Of a stretch of DNA of 64,000 bases, positions 48,954 to 61,700 are shown in pieces. The notes under the pieces are model-generated. The model did not search any database and was not told where the DNA came from. It saw only the letters and a program-made list of their open reading frames with translations. Within the stretch, counting starts at the first letter, position 1. Every line of letters begins with the position of its first letter. The position numbers and the translations under genes are program-made. This stretch comes from Mobula hypostoma (Eukaryota): NCBI RefSeq assembly GCF_963921235.1, contig NC_086108.1, forward strand, positions 26,350,001-26,414,000. Reading direction: 5' to 3'.

Positions 48954-51900
48954 AGTAGTTGAGGAAAATTGTTGTTACTGTAATTCAACAAAGTAATAAT
49001 TATATTTGTAGCTTTAAATAGATCTGAATAAGTTTTGCAATTAATTGTCACTGCTTTGAATTAGCAGTTCCTATTTACTTTCATTGTGCATCATAAATCA
49101 GAATTCTTTATACTGTATGTAATGGCCGGAAAGGGAGAAAATAGTACTGGGGATGTGGCATGGGAACTAAGGGTATGGGAACCCAAAAAAGTTTGAGAAT
49201 CACTGCTCTAAACCTAATGTGAAATCATTGCAAATGTAAATCAACAGTAGGAGAGTCTAAGGATATATGGGCAGACAGAGAAAGAAAAAAATCAAAAATA
49301 AAAAAAACAAATGTAGAAATAGAAATAATTTCCAATAACCAGCTCTTCTTCTTCAGTCTTTTGTAGATACAGCTTGTTTCCTAGCAACTCTCCAAGTCAA
49401 TTATAAATGGTCATTGAGTTCACTGTACGCAAAGCACACAAGGTGTGACTCGAACTGATGTCACAAACTCTTCACTTTGAAAGTTATTATGATACCATCA
49501 ATACACTTGCTGTACAAAGTGAGCAGAAAGACAAGACTACTACTTACTGCACAATTTTCAAATTAGGTTTGTCCAATTTACCTTGGCTTTTAAAGAGTAC
49601 ATGGTTAGAAACTATATTTTATTGTGTCAACTTGAGTGGAAGAGAAAGACTTATTACACAAAGTTTCTTTTGAATCAGTTGTAGAATACTTAAAATATTT
49701 TAAAGCCTACAGTTGTACTAGCTTTATAATATCAGCTATTTTTTGTCTGCAATCTCCTAGTAACAACATAGTAATAAGAACTGGGTACTCTGTTTTGTCC
49801 TTAGGTCAAGCCTGCAGCCCAGAATTCCATGCTCTGCTCTATCTGCACCCAGTCTTACCCAAGCCAGACGTGGAGGAACATCCTGCTGATCCAAAACCTT
49901 CTAAAACTCCACTGTCTTGGTCTGGTTTGAGGTATTGTGCCATGAATACCTTACCATTAAATGCTCAACAGCTGGCAAAGCTGGAGTCAGAGTTTTGACC
50001 AGTTGTCAAAGCTATAATTGATGTTATCAGACATTCAGAGAGATAGTTGCTAAAATTAAAATCAATGTTTTGGAAGACAAAAAAATACTAATTTTTTAAC
50101 AAATAAGCTAAGTTAAATTGCAAATAAAAGAAACTTCAAAGTAATTTAATGAACTAAACCGAAATAGTTTTAAATGTTATGTACTCCATAATTAAAGTCT
50201 GAAATTTAATCATGACAAGCTCTGTTGAAATAAATGGAGTTTGAATCATGGGCAATATGCATGTTCTGATTTGTCAGTATAATGTTGGGGAACCCCAGCA
50301 TGGCTGGTCTTCACTGCAGGACTCCATGTAGAAAACTAAGAGAATCTTCCCTCCCTCCCTGAATCATAGATATTTGAACTTCAAAGTTCATATGCAAATG
50401 TGCAGTGCTGACTTCAGTTTGAAGGACTGAGTGCACCCCAGTTAAATTCTGAACCAATTGGTATAGTAAGTGCAATTTGGCTGAATATTTTATGAGGGTT
50501 GAAACATTGGCCCAGCTCTTCCTCAAAATGGTGCAAACACTCTATTTTTTAAGTTTGTCTTCTCTGTCAGCATTTTTATCTTCATCCACTCCCAAAAGTA
50601 CAGATTCCATCCAGGTTTTATGGTCAATCATTCCAATCCACTATTTCACCCAAATGACCTCATGTGTAAGATTTGACAGTGAATGTCAAAGGACAGGGAT
50701 CTTGCTATCAGTTCTGAGGCTGCCTTACAGAATGTCCATGCTTTTTTGCGGTGGGTCACAGATAGTGAGCTCAGCAATGAGGGAATTTGTGGCATATGCA
50801 CGGTCATTCTTGTTTGAACCTGACAACCCCAGCATAGCCTGATAACCAAAACATAGATTTCTGATCAAGATAGTTTTGCTTAGTGATGGATAACTCACTG
50901 TAGTTTCAGGAGGTACAAACATAAGGTAGTCCTTTGCCTCAAAAAAAAATGACCCTGATCCCGTTTAAACAGTTCACCTGTCTTTAAGTAGATAGTTTTC
51001 TTTTTTCCTGTTGACCTCCAGTACTTGTAATATTGCAAATTTCTCCCTCCAGCATATTCTAACAACAATAACCCTGAGTCTGCTGATCAGGTTTTATTAT
51101 CTACTCTGAATTTCTTATAGCCAGCGAATTGCTTATGGAGAGGAAATAAAATGTGCATTAGTCCAATCCCATGCTGAGTCGATGAGAGTACGATTCAGGC
51201 ATTTACCCGCCATACTGGCGGCAGCAATTACAGGAACTTAACTCTAATAGCACCCTTTCCCGTATTCTAAAAAATATAAACAGCCCAGTTGACAGAAAAA
51301 TAAAATCTCAATGATTGCACAGTATCATTGTCTTGATTTTTTTTGATATTATATATAATTTGCATTGCAGGAGCACATGAAAATATAATTGCAAACAGCA
51401 ATTCATGGCTTTATCAAAAAAACACAATTTTTATTTGTGCTGCAAGTATAGGAGAAATTATTATTTAAATAAACAACTTTTGATCACCTTGCCACACGCC
51501 AGAGTCTATAAGACTTAATATAACAATTTGCTGCTGTTATACTGTTCTGTACAATGCACTGTAAAACCACAATATTTATCAGATAGAGAAATCATAACAT
51601 AAATGTACAGAGATTTTGCATTTTAAAAATAGAAAGCAACTTCAGGAGGATCAAGCAGTTAAAGGATCCCACGGCGGACACATTACGCTGCAAATTTTCC
51701 CAGTGGCAATTACAGCAGTTAGCTGTGTTGCTTTTCGAGAAGATGACCTTTGCTTTTCCTGACAAGAATGTTCCTTTAACATTAATTGATAACTTGAGGA
51801 AAGAAAGCCATGAACGTCGCAATGAAGTATCTTGGGATTTGTGAGTTATTACGTGGTACAGATAACAGGATGTGTGGTATTCCCAACTCACTGATAACTA

Positions 51901-52875
51901 ATTTATAATAATCAGTAACGTATGTATAACTTATTGAGAGCTTATTGGTGTAATTAGTATTTGATATATAACCAAGCACTGGTAATAATCTTACTGAATA
52001 TCTGATTGATCAGCCATTTATTAATGCAATTAGTATTGGACATTCAAATATCAATAACCATCAATGATAATGTATGAGTACTACAACCAATTGATAACCC
52101 AGTAACCAATGTGACCAGTTTGCATTCAAAATCCATCAATAATTCATTAATAATAATCAGTATTGGAATTACACATAAAATTATAGTCAAAATTGAATCA
52201 ATAGCAATGCTGTAAGAAAAATAAAATAAAAGAAGGGATTCTGGAAGTTATGTTTTTAAATTCTTCACAAGGATTCTTAAGCATCTTGGAAGGAATACAG
52301 TGCAGACTCACCAAAATGTTACTTGAGGAGCAAGGATGCGATGAGGAAGAGTTATGATACAAGCTAGGTTTTTGTTCTCAGAAGAGTGCAAGTTTAAGGT
52401 ATAATTTGATAAGATTTTAAGAACAAAGGAATGAAAAAGATAAATGGAAAGAGTCTTCATAAGTGAGTGGGAAATTAAGACAAGGGAGTTTATCTTTGAG
52501 ATACAAGGAACGGACGAAGCACTTCTTCAAACATTGATAGATTTTTGCTGGCAGACAATATTAATGAATGTGGTGTAAAGAGGATGGTTGCAGTTGATAA
52601 TGATCAGCCACAATGGCATTGAATGTTGCCGCAATGAACTGTTGTGTCCTCATCCTAACCTCTTACATGATCCACAAGAACAAACTGTGACCTCACAAAT
52701 ATCACCAAACAATAGAAAAAAAGTACAGCTATTGTTTTGACATTCTAACAAGTATTTTGAAAAGAGAATGCAGATAGTATTGTTAATATAATGTTTTTCA
52801 AAACTTAAATCCATCATTACTGGAAATTTGAAGCATGCGAGGAAATATAAAACATCAGATGGCTTTCATATCCTA

Positions 52876-53202
52876 TTTTTAGAAAAGGAGGGAGAGAGAA
52901 ACAGGGGAATTATAGACCGGTTAGCCTAACGTCGGTGGTGGGGAAACTGCTAGAGTCAGTTATCAAAGATGTGATAACAGCACATTTGGAAAGCGGTGAA
53001 ATCATCGGACAAAGTCAGCATGGATTTGTGAAAGGAAAATCATGTCTGACGAATCTCATAGAATTTTTTGAGGATGTAACTAGTAGAGTGGATAGGGGAG
53101 AACCAGTGGATGTGGTATATTTGGATTTTCAAAAGGCTTTTGACAAGGTACCACACAGGAGATTAGTGTGCAAACTTAAAGCACCTATTTTCTATGTTTC
53201 TA
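52876..53202 (+). mobile_element. Short CR1 copy with internal deletion
   Basis: Near-identical to RT segment 23201-23505 (minus strand), fused directly to the 3' tail CCTATTTTCTATGTTTCTA. Confidence 0.9.
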
Positions 53203-54801
53203 TTAAGGATCAATAGTAATGTATTTATTAATATATAATTCATTGCCTTCCAAATAATCTATTTGTAATCAGTTTGAATCAATCAATGATTCAATTAGGA
53301 ATTGAAACACTGGAGTTATTTATTTATATGATAATCAATTAATAATGAGAAACAAATATAGCTTCATGTTAGTAACTAGTTGATTGTATTGATTGTATTA
53401 GCAGATTTGGGATGTATAAATTACATGTAACTTGTTAAAATTTATGTCAATTAGCTGATCTAAGGTCTTGGTAAACCCTTTACTCATATGTGTTTTTTCA
53501 GAAATAATGCAGTTTCCAAACAATCTCTCAATATTTGAATGACTTTAAATAACCGTAATGCACATTGCAGAATCAATGCCAATTGCTTCAGCACAAGCAC
53601 CGACTATCGGAAATGGTACACTGTTAGTAGTTCTGATACAAGAATTTCAGCAGAAACCTTTACCTTCCACAAGAAATATCCCGAAACAAATCTGCACAAA
53701 CTGTTCTCTCAACCATTCCTTAATGTGATAGCTGATATGTGTTACAAACTTAATACACTGTATCAAAGCAAAGCCATCAAAGTGTTAAGATGGCTCCAAA
53801 GTGTCCATATTAAAAATGAAACTTAGTGGTACCTACTTGTCATCTTAACTGAGAAATTATGCTAACTCTTCATACTCTAAATTTGAAATGATGACACATT
53901 TTTCTTTTGTTGATATTATGCCACTATTCATGAAAATGGTGCTGGGACCATGTATTGTAAGAAAAAGAATATTGTTCAGATAATGGTCCTGTTGATAATT
54001 TAGATTGAAAGGTATATTGGTCAATGGCATAGAATGTATAGCTCTGTCACTAATTCGTTATGAATTTTATCAATGAATTAGCAGACAATCCATAACTGTA
54101 ATTGTAGCATAATAATACATATAAGTTGCATTTGATTCTGTATGTGTGCATGTATGCACACACACATGTTCAAAAGTACATGATAAATATTTAGGAAACA
54201 AACTGCTGATTCATTGGTATAATTTTCAGGTTCATCAATTAATTCTTGGTGAATACCGTAAGAATTTTAAAAAAGGGAGGAATCATAAGCAGATGGTGAA
54301 CTTGCAGCAACATCAGAATTTTCATCCAAGAAAATGCCATGTTGTGATTGAATTAATAAGGGGTTTATGTGGAAAATTGTTGCTGTGTGCCTGTAAAAAA
54401 CTTGAAATTACATGATTGAAAGGCTTTCCACCTATATGCTGCCTTTATGATTTCATATTGTCCTAAAGTATGTTATTTACACAGAACTTTTCTTGAGATC
54501 GAGTTACCATTGTAATTTAGGAAATGGGACTGACAATTTAGGCAAGGAAATATAGCACTACGATTATGAGGCTTTGGCCAAATAATCTACTTTAGCAATG
54601 AACGCAAACAAAGTCATATTAATTGCAAATTTATTGAACATCATCTCCCCCTCCCCTACTATGATATTTCGACCTGGTGCTCACAGTGCAACTGCAATTC
54701 AAAACCTTACGGCAACCTGTGCAGGCAGATTAATTTTCAAGAAAGACCCAAGAGTCCAATGTATTCAAACTTCATATTATAAACTTTGAACCAGAGCAGC
54801 T

Positions 54802-56050
54802 CATAAGAACATAAGAAATAGGAGCAGGAGCAGGCTACTTGGACCATTGAACTTGCTCCACCAGTCAATAAGATCATGGCTGATTTGGGTGTAGACTCAG
54901 GTCTGCCTACCTTCTTTTCCCCCATCTCCTTTAATTCCTCAGCTGTGCAAAAAAACCTGCCTAACTATGTTTTAAATATATTTAATAAATATATTTAAAT
55001 ATAATTGAAGCAGTATCCTCTACTAATTCCCTGGGCAGAGAATTCCACAGATCTACTATTCTTTGGGAAAAGCAGTTTCTTCTCATCTCTGTCCTGAATC
55101 TATCCCTGAAGTCTTGAGTCGATGTCCTCTAATTCTAGTCTCATTTACAAGAGAAAGTGACCTTCCTGGCTCTATCTACCTATCTATCCCTTTCATAATT
55201 TTATATGTTTCTGTAAGATCTCTTCTCATTCGTCAAAATTCCAGGGAGTGCAGTCCCAGGCTAACCGTCTCAGCTTCGGAATCAACATGTGAACATACTG
55301 TGCATTGCCTCCAAAGCCAGCATATTTTTCCTCAAGTCAGGAGACTAGAACTGCATGTGGTACCCCAGGTTTGGCCTCATCAGTGCCCTGTACAATTGCA
55401 CCATAACCTCCCTGCTCTTAAATTCAATCCTCTAGCAATGAAAGTCAATATTACATTTATCTTCCAGATAACTTGTTGCATTTGCAAGCCAACCTTTTGT
55501 GATTCATGTACAAGAACTCCCAAGTCTCTCTGCACAACAGCATGCTGCAATCTTTCATCATTTAAATGATAACCTGATCTACTTTTTTCCTTTCAATGTA
55601 GATGACCCTTGTATTTACCAATTCTCTTATCCATCTGCCAGACACACCCACTCACTTAACCTGTTTCTATCTCCCTGCAAACACTGCACAATTTGCTTTT
55701 CTACTCAGTTTAGTCATCAGCAAACTTCAATATGCTGCACTCAGTCCCTTCTTCCAAATCATTCATGTATCTTGTGAATGGTTCTGAGCCCAGCACCAAC
55801 CCTTGTGGCACTGACTACCAACAGAGAAGCACTCATTTATCCTAACTCACTGCCTTCCATTGCTTAACCAGTCCTCTCTCTATACTAATAAATTACCTGC
55901 ACTTCTTTCATTGTTATCTAATGGATAAGTCTTTCATGTGGCACTGTATCAAATACCTTCAGAAAATCCAAGTATACCCCCTCTATCCACTGAACTCATT
56001 ATCCTCAAAGAACTCCGGTAAGTATATCAGACAAACCCTTCCTTTCTGTG
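54802..56050 (-). mobile_element. Old CR1 LINE 3' portion
   Basis: CATAAGAACATAAGAA tail; colinear degenerate similarity to 22074-23350. Confidence 0.8.
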
Positions 56051-57220
56051 AACTGCACAGAAGGTCTTTTGACATAGGTGACAGCAGAAATTTGTCACAG
56101 GCTATTATTAGTAAAAAAGTTGACTGGAATCATTCAGTACTGTCTTGTCTTGCACTATTGTACCCACATCAGTGTGAAGGTTCTTCAGCATTGGGAAGAA
56201 TGGTAATCACTTCCTGATCACAGTGTAAATACAGCACCAGACAGGCAGCAGAACATGAGAGTTAGGAGTAAAGCATTGCAAGCAAAGAGTGAGGGATGTG
56301 AGCGAATATACATTGTATGCTTTAAATTATGAGTATGTTTATATCATCAGATCTGCTGTGGTGTTATGGAATTTCATATTCAAATACTATTAGGTCAAAG
56401 TCTGGCTAATAACTGGGTCTCCATGGCAAGTTGCAGCTATGGTGAGGGCTGATTCCCATCTATCTCTGCAAACTGAATGTAATTCTTCGTGCGGAAACTA
56501 AGAGTACCAATCCCCCCAACAGCTAACATGTTGGTTACTTCAACAAGTTATTAAGTTCCACATTGGTGTCAGTGTATTGGTAAAGTGTTTTGAATGATGG
56601 GGGTTTTGCATGTCCGTGCATCGTTGGTGTGTTCCACGTTGATCTGTTGAAACTTTATTAATTTTTCACGTTCATCATACGGTGGATACGTGTTTTGTTT
56701 TACGACTACGCAATGTACACGCTCTCTGGATGCGGGCCTATCGGGCCAAGGAGTTACGGTATCCCTTGATTTACGAACAGCGCAAAGGACCCTGAGAGTG
56801 AGATTGGAAATATTCACTCTGTGCAACCATTTCCACACCACCCACATTCCAATGTGCCCCTTCAAATCTTCCTCCGTAGCCCCAGTTAGAAGTTGCCTTC
56901 TCGCCCTGATAGCTGAAACAGGCAATACTGAGCAAGCGCCGCGTAGGAACCAGGCTCCGAGAGCAAGCAGCTTCCCTCATCATCACACCGTCCACGGTAT
57001 TCCCAAGCCAAGAAAGCCGGCGCATCCCCCGGCAGTCACCTGCTGCACCGCCAACCCAGAGAAATGTCATCAATCCGACAGACAGACAAACACACACACA
57101 CACACACACTCGCTCAAACACACACATTCAAAACGACCATAAATAAATAAATAAATAAATAACAGAACACAATGGCAACCATGCTTGGCTACGTTCAGAA
57201 GAACGACAGCCTTCATGTCG

Positions 57221-57243
57221 TCTCTCTCTCTCTCTCTCTCTCT

Positions 57244-57278
<35 letters not shown>
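57221..57278. repeat. Compound microsatellite (TC)n(CA)n; further (CA)n and (AAAT)n tracts at ~57090-57160
   Basis: Directly visible. Confidence 0.95.
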
Positions 57279-57280
<2 letters not shown>

Positions 57281-57348
57281 GCCTCCCCATAACATACGCC
57301 CTCCTTCCAGCCTCAGAATTCGCCCGGATTCTTGCGGCACTCACTCAC

Positions 57349-57622
57349 CCAGGACGAAATAGGGAAGCTCTGTGTTCTCCAGGTCGTCAACAACCACCAC
57401 CTCTCCGGGGAAATCGTTCCTGACCGAGAACAGGAGTTTGGGCTCCGACGATAGCGGGGTGTGGATGCTCAGATCGTTCTCCCGGAGGAACGGCAGAGCC
57501 GACACGCTCACCGTCTTCACTTTGCACTCGCCATCCTTGGGGTGCTCGCTTTCCACCGCTGCCAGGCCGGTACCCAACATGGCACAGAACGCCCCCAAAA
57601 CCAGCACTGGCAGCAACGCCAT
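57349..57622 (-). CDS. ASTN1: Astrotactin-1, first coding exon (signal peptide and N-terminus); gene continues beyond the left end of the window
   Basis: [55 protein letters not shown] matches the ASTN1 N-terminus as I recall it, not ASTN2; good Kozak ACGATGG; hydrophobic leader; phase-1 donor CTGG|GTGAGT at 57348. Confidence 0.95.
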
Positions 57623-58144
57623 CGTTGTTCTCAGTCCCTATCTCGGCACAATAACAAACCCAGTCGGCCCGGCTTCCTAAGGTAATATTACTGCACCCTG
57701 ACAACTTGAAACAAGCGGGGACGCCAAGCAGGCAACTCCATGTAAATGCTGACAGGCGGCACAGCGCCTTCGCACTGGGTTTTATTCCTTCTTCTTCCCT
57801 TCAAAATAACACCCCTAGCCAGCTGGACCGACGGGGATGATCCGGGCAATTCACTCCCTCTGCCCTACTCCTTAATCCCGATCCCGAGCTGTTTTGTGTC
57901 TATTTTCTGCGCAGTGGCTGGGGAAGGGGAGGGGAGGGGAGGAAGGAGGAGGGGGGAATCCACGTGTAAAAGGGAGAGAGAGCGAGAGAGAAACAGAGGG
58001 AAAGCGAGTTAGTGATTTGGAGAACTGTCTTCTGCAAGAAGCGGCCGCTGCCACTCTCAATCCAGCGCATGCAGGGCACTGACAGAAGGCGCTGTTTCTG
58101 TGAATGAACACCGCCGGACACGAACCCCCTCCGCTTCGATCCTG
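57623..58144. promoter_or_regulatory. Probable bidirectional promoter / 5'UTR region of ASTN1 and the BRINP gene, in a CpG-rich island
   Basis: CpG-rich and TE-free; G-rich tract 57920-57956; strong plus-strand donor CTG|GTAAGT at 58145 suggests a non-coding first exon. Confidence 0.6.
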
Positions 58145-58685
58145 GTAAGTGGCGGACCCTCTTCATCCACCTCTCTCCACCCACTTACAGCAGCACACCT
58201 ATTCACCCACCCTCCGACTCCACCCCGGCCACACTCCTCCAGGTCTCTGTCCGGCTGGCTGTTAAAGAAAAAACCTTTTTCCTTTCTGGGTTGTAATTTG
58301 AGCGAAAAAAAAAGAGGTTCTGCTAATTGTCTTGGTTCAACTGTACACCTGCCCAGTATCGATTATAATCGACACCTGTGACAGAAAGTCCCTGGCTCAA
58401 CCACGGCCTCTCAAAGTCTCGGTGGGAAGCAGCGAGAGGCGTAAAATCCCAGGTATCTGTATCGAATACGCATTTTCTTCAATCCAGCAGATAAATTTAC
58501 CAACACTTGCTACTTAACATGATATTGAGCATTCGGTTGTCTTGAGTAGCTATCAGGCACACAACAAGCACTACTGATGAGAAGAACTGGTGTTAATAAA
58601 TCGTGATGACATATTTTTGAAGACAGTTGACTTTGAGTCGATACCAATGGAGTACCTGAAATCCAATTTTTGGTTTAACTGATGC

Positions 58686-58686
<1 letters not shown>

Positions 58687-58778
<92 letters not shown>
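58687..58778. repeat. Compound microsatellite (TG)n(GA)n
   Basis: Directly visible. Confidence 0.95.
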
Positions 58779-58781
<3 letters not shown>

Positions 58782-61700
58782 GGTTCACACAGTTCTTCCA
58801 CATCTGGTTTGTTAGTTCCCTCGATGCTGATTTATAAGGCATTTGACCATGGGCAATGAATTAATTCCACCTAAGGGAGAATAGAGACACTTTGCTCCAT
58901 TTAGCAACTTCGCCCTAGTTCCCTAGTTCCATCTCTAAACTGGTGTCGCTCACTCCGACCAGAACTTCAAAGCACTAAAACTTTGCAGAAGAAATTATGC
59001 CTGAAAACAAAAAAACAAAAAACGGCGATATTTCAGTATGTTGGATAATGTCATCCTTACGGGCCCGTGCTTTTAACTTCCAGGAAAAGGATTCGTGATC
59101 AAGCATTTATTTAGATGGATCGATATGATCGTTGAGTTTGGACATTGGATAAGGAATCTGGTTAATGGGCGGAGAAGGAATAGTGGAAAGAGGTGGACTG
59201 GTGCGGAGAGGAAGCGTTGGAAGAATCGGGCAGGAGGGGGTGGGGTTGGAAAGGAAATTCTCGAATGGGAGGTGAGGAGGCGTTTTAAAGGGAGTTGAGG
59301 GAATTGGGGCGTTGGAAAGGAAGTTGGGAATGGAGGGGAGGAGTCTTTGTAGATCGAGTTGAAGGCGGAAAGGGAGTTGGGGTCGCCCACGCAGTAAACT
59401 GAGTGGAGAGTGCGATGCCTCGTTATTGCAGAAGTGTGGAGGAAACACTTGACATTCGTGCCAAGGTGCAGTTCTACCCTCTGTCAATTCCTTGTGTGGC
59501 GGGCTATTAAAGAAAGGGAGAGTTGGCGAAGGGAGGGGGGCTCGGTAGCGTGCATGTACAGCAGTGAGGACACGCCCGGATAGGTGGATGTGTTTATATA
59601 GGCTGAAGCTAGGTTCGGCTCTCTGAGGAGGAAACGGTGCGGCAGGTAGAGAGCAGACTGGTGCTGTTGTCAGATCCTCAAGCCCGGGAGTTGGGTGCCG
59701 CGTAGAAGCGAAACATTGCCCTGAGATATGAACTCCTGAGAAGGTCGAAGTATGTTGCCCGGCGCTTTAACCCGATGTGCCGGCGAGGGAAAGGAAAAAG
59801 ACAGCTGGAAATTTGGAAGGGTGTCGGTCTGATTATGATAGGCGGTCACACATCAAAGAAAGGCAATGGTGAGGAGGAATAAATATAAAAACATCCTTTT
59901 GAAGATAACCTTTAATGCCGTTATGTTAAACACAAATCTCCAGAAAGCAGGATCATCAATCCTTAGACCATGTTCTGTCTTTAACTTTACTCCGCAATCC
60001 GACTGAGCAGCGGGGACCGGCTGTCGTGTGTACAGGTTTGGGTCTTCAACGTGTGAGAACTACGAATGTCCATATTTTTTGAAAGCACATTCCTCAAGTG
60101 CTGCTTGGAATAACGCAATTGTTTAATAATAAAACCCCACGAAGTTTCAGAAGGCTCGGCTTGAGAACGCCGTTCATTTTCTATCCGAGCACTGGAGGTG
60201 GTGTCTGTAAGGATATCATTGGGTGTTAGGTAATGGGATTCGATGGGCGTCGTGCGGGGTATAGGAGGTTGGTTTTGGATTTAGACTCGCCCCCTCCCCC
60301 ACTTCCTCTCCCTCCCATTCCCCCGGGTTTATAAGAGGTGAGTTTGCAGCTCTGTCAGATTTAATCGCCACTCTTTTCAGATCACTTGCCATCCCGAGGC
60401 TGGACTCTGCGCATACGAGGGGAAGCCCCTCGGAATTAAAGGGCTGATCTTTCGGAACCGCACTCCGATCACTGAGAAGCCGAAGATTAGCATGCGGTCA
60501 GTGCTTGGGCTTGAGGAAAGAAGGATGGACCTTCTCCGGGATTCTCCTTGGGAACCTGCCGTCTTTCTCCATGGGATTTCGTGCAGAAGATAGTCGGGTT
60601 TCAGCTTTTTATCTGGAGAGACGGAGTACGGCCGCCGGGTCACCCTCCCGTTTTTACGGAGTGGGCAGTGGCGGAGACAAGCAGGGTATTCCAGTCTCTG
60701 CCGTGAGCACAGGAACTCTCTCCTCGCCAGTACCTGGCCGCACCTTCCAGTAGTAGGAGCCGACTTCCTTGGACACGTCTCACAGAGGGCTGCTTTACAA
60801 TGAGTTTTCCTTTCTCGCACGGGCAGCTGCCGTGGGCATTTTTGACCCTATTCAGGGCACCGTTCGGCACGGAAAGCGGAACAAATTGGGTCGCCCGCGT
60901 TGGAGGCACAGCGCCGGCCAGGTCGGTGCACCGTTTACAAGGTACTCCCAGATCTAATAGAACCGCATGGTGGGATTTGGCACTTTAACGGCGGGGTCGG
61001 TAACTTCTCGTTTTGCCCCCACACCCCACTCCTTCCCCAATTCCACTCGACTTTGAAACCGACCGCTCTTCGCCAGCCACTTCTCGGTTAGCCTGGCTGA
61101 AGGGGCACCCCGGTGAGCGGCAATAGGAATGGGTGGCAACAGTTTTGGTTGAGTGAGAACAAGCAGTGGCTTGGCAGTATGAAGGATCTTTGCTCTCGGC
61201 TACCACCCGGAGGGGCGACATGGTTAACTCTTTGAAGGCTGCAGTGGTCCCTGTGCAGCCTCCTTCGATCATGGGTCTGCAATCAGAGAGGGAAGGGCGT
61301 GCATTCCACTAACAAAGTAAAACACGTCCGCCTTCACTCCACTTCAGGAGACTCCTGTAGTTGGGAACAAAATCCTTCTTCCCTGAAATTGTGCCAGATT
61401 GTATGTCAGTTATGGCAATATGCTGGATACAGCAAGCGCGTTTATTAACATCGTGCTAAGACGCGATTCCTCTTATTCTCGACTGCGTGCCCTTTGGGTT
61501 TACCACCGCAGCGCCGGTTGTATGTAAACAGTGTTTCCTCTTGCTTATGTGCGCACCTGTGCACATTATCAGCGACTGTGTGGGTGTCTGTGTATGGGAT
61601 TCTGCCTTGGTGCTTCGTGTCAGCTTTCTACCGTTGTCAGCGGGTAGATTCGTCTGCCTGGGATGGATGGAATCGTAGGGGTGCGTGGGCGGGGGCGGTC

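Larger units (their letters stand above)
44958..49205 (+). mobile_element. hAT Charlie/Buster-type DNA transposon with pseudogenised transposase and nested retroelements
   Basis: TIRs CAGTGGTTCTCAAA / TTTGAGAATCACTG (13/14 match); 8-bp TSD TTATAAAC/CTCTAAAC (6/8); transposase remnants ~45720-47170 (KSEEPHTIGE, FALRLDEAT, GESIF, ILACAT, LTIHCV). Confidence 0.88.

Noticed and set aside
56569..57340. Several overlapping ORFs of 68-150 aa
   Set aside because: Result from GC-richness and microsatellites (VCVC/HTHT runs) at the start of ASTN1 intron 1
1..57348. Search for ASTN1 exon 2 (expected [28 protein letters not shown]-like)
   Set aside because: No such peptide was recognised on the minus strand; the exon is probably left of the window, though a manual scan could miss it
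58086..58108. Possible REST/NRSE site (minus strand TTCATTCACAGAAACAGCGCC); also a partial site at ~60851-60880
   Set aside because: Only about 14/21 match to the RE1 consensus, with both core half-sites disrupted
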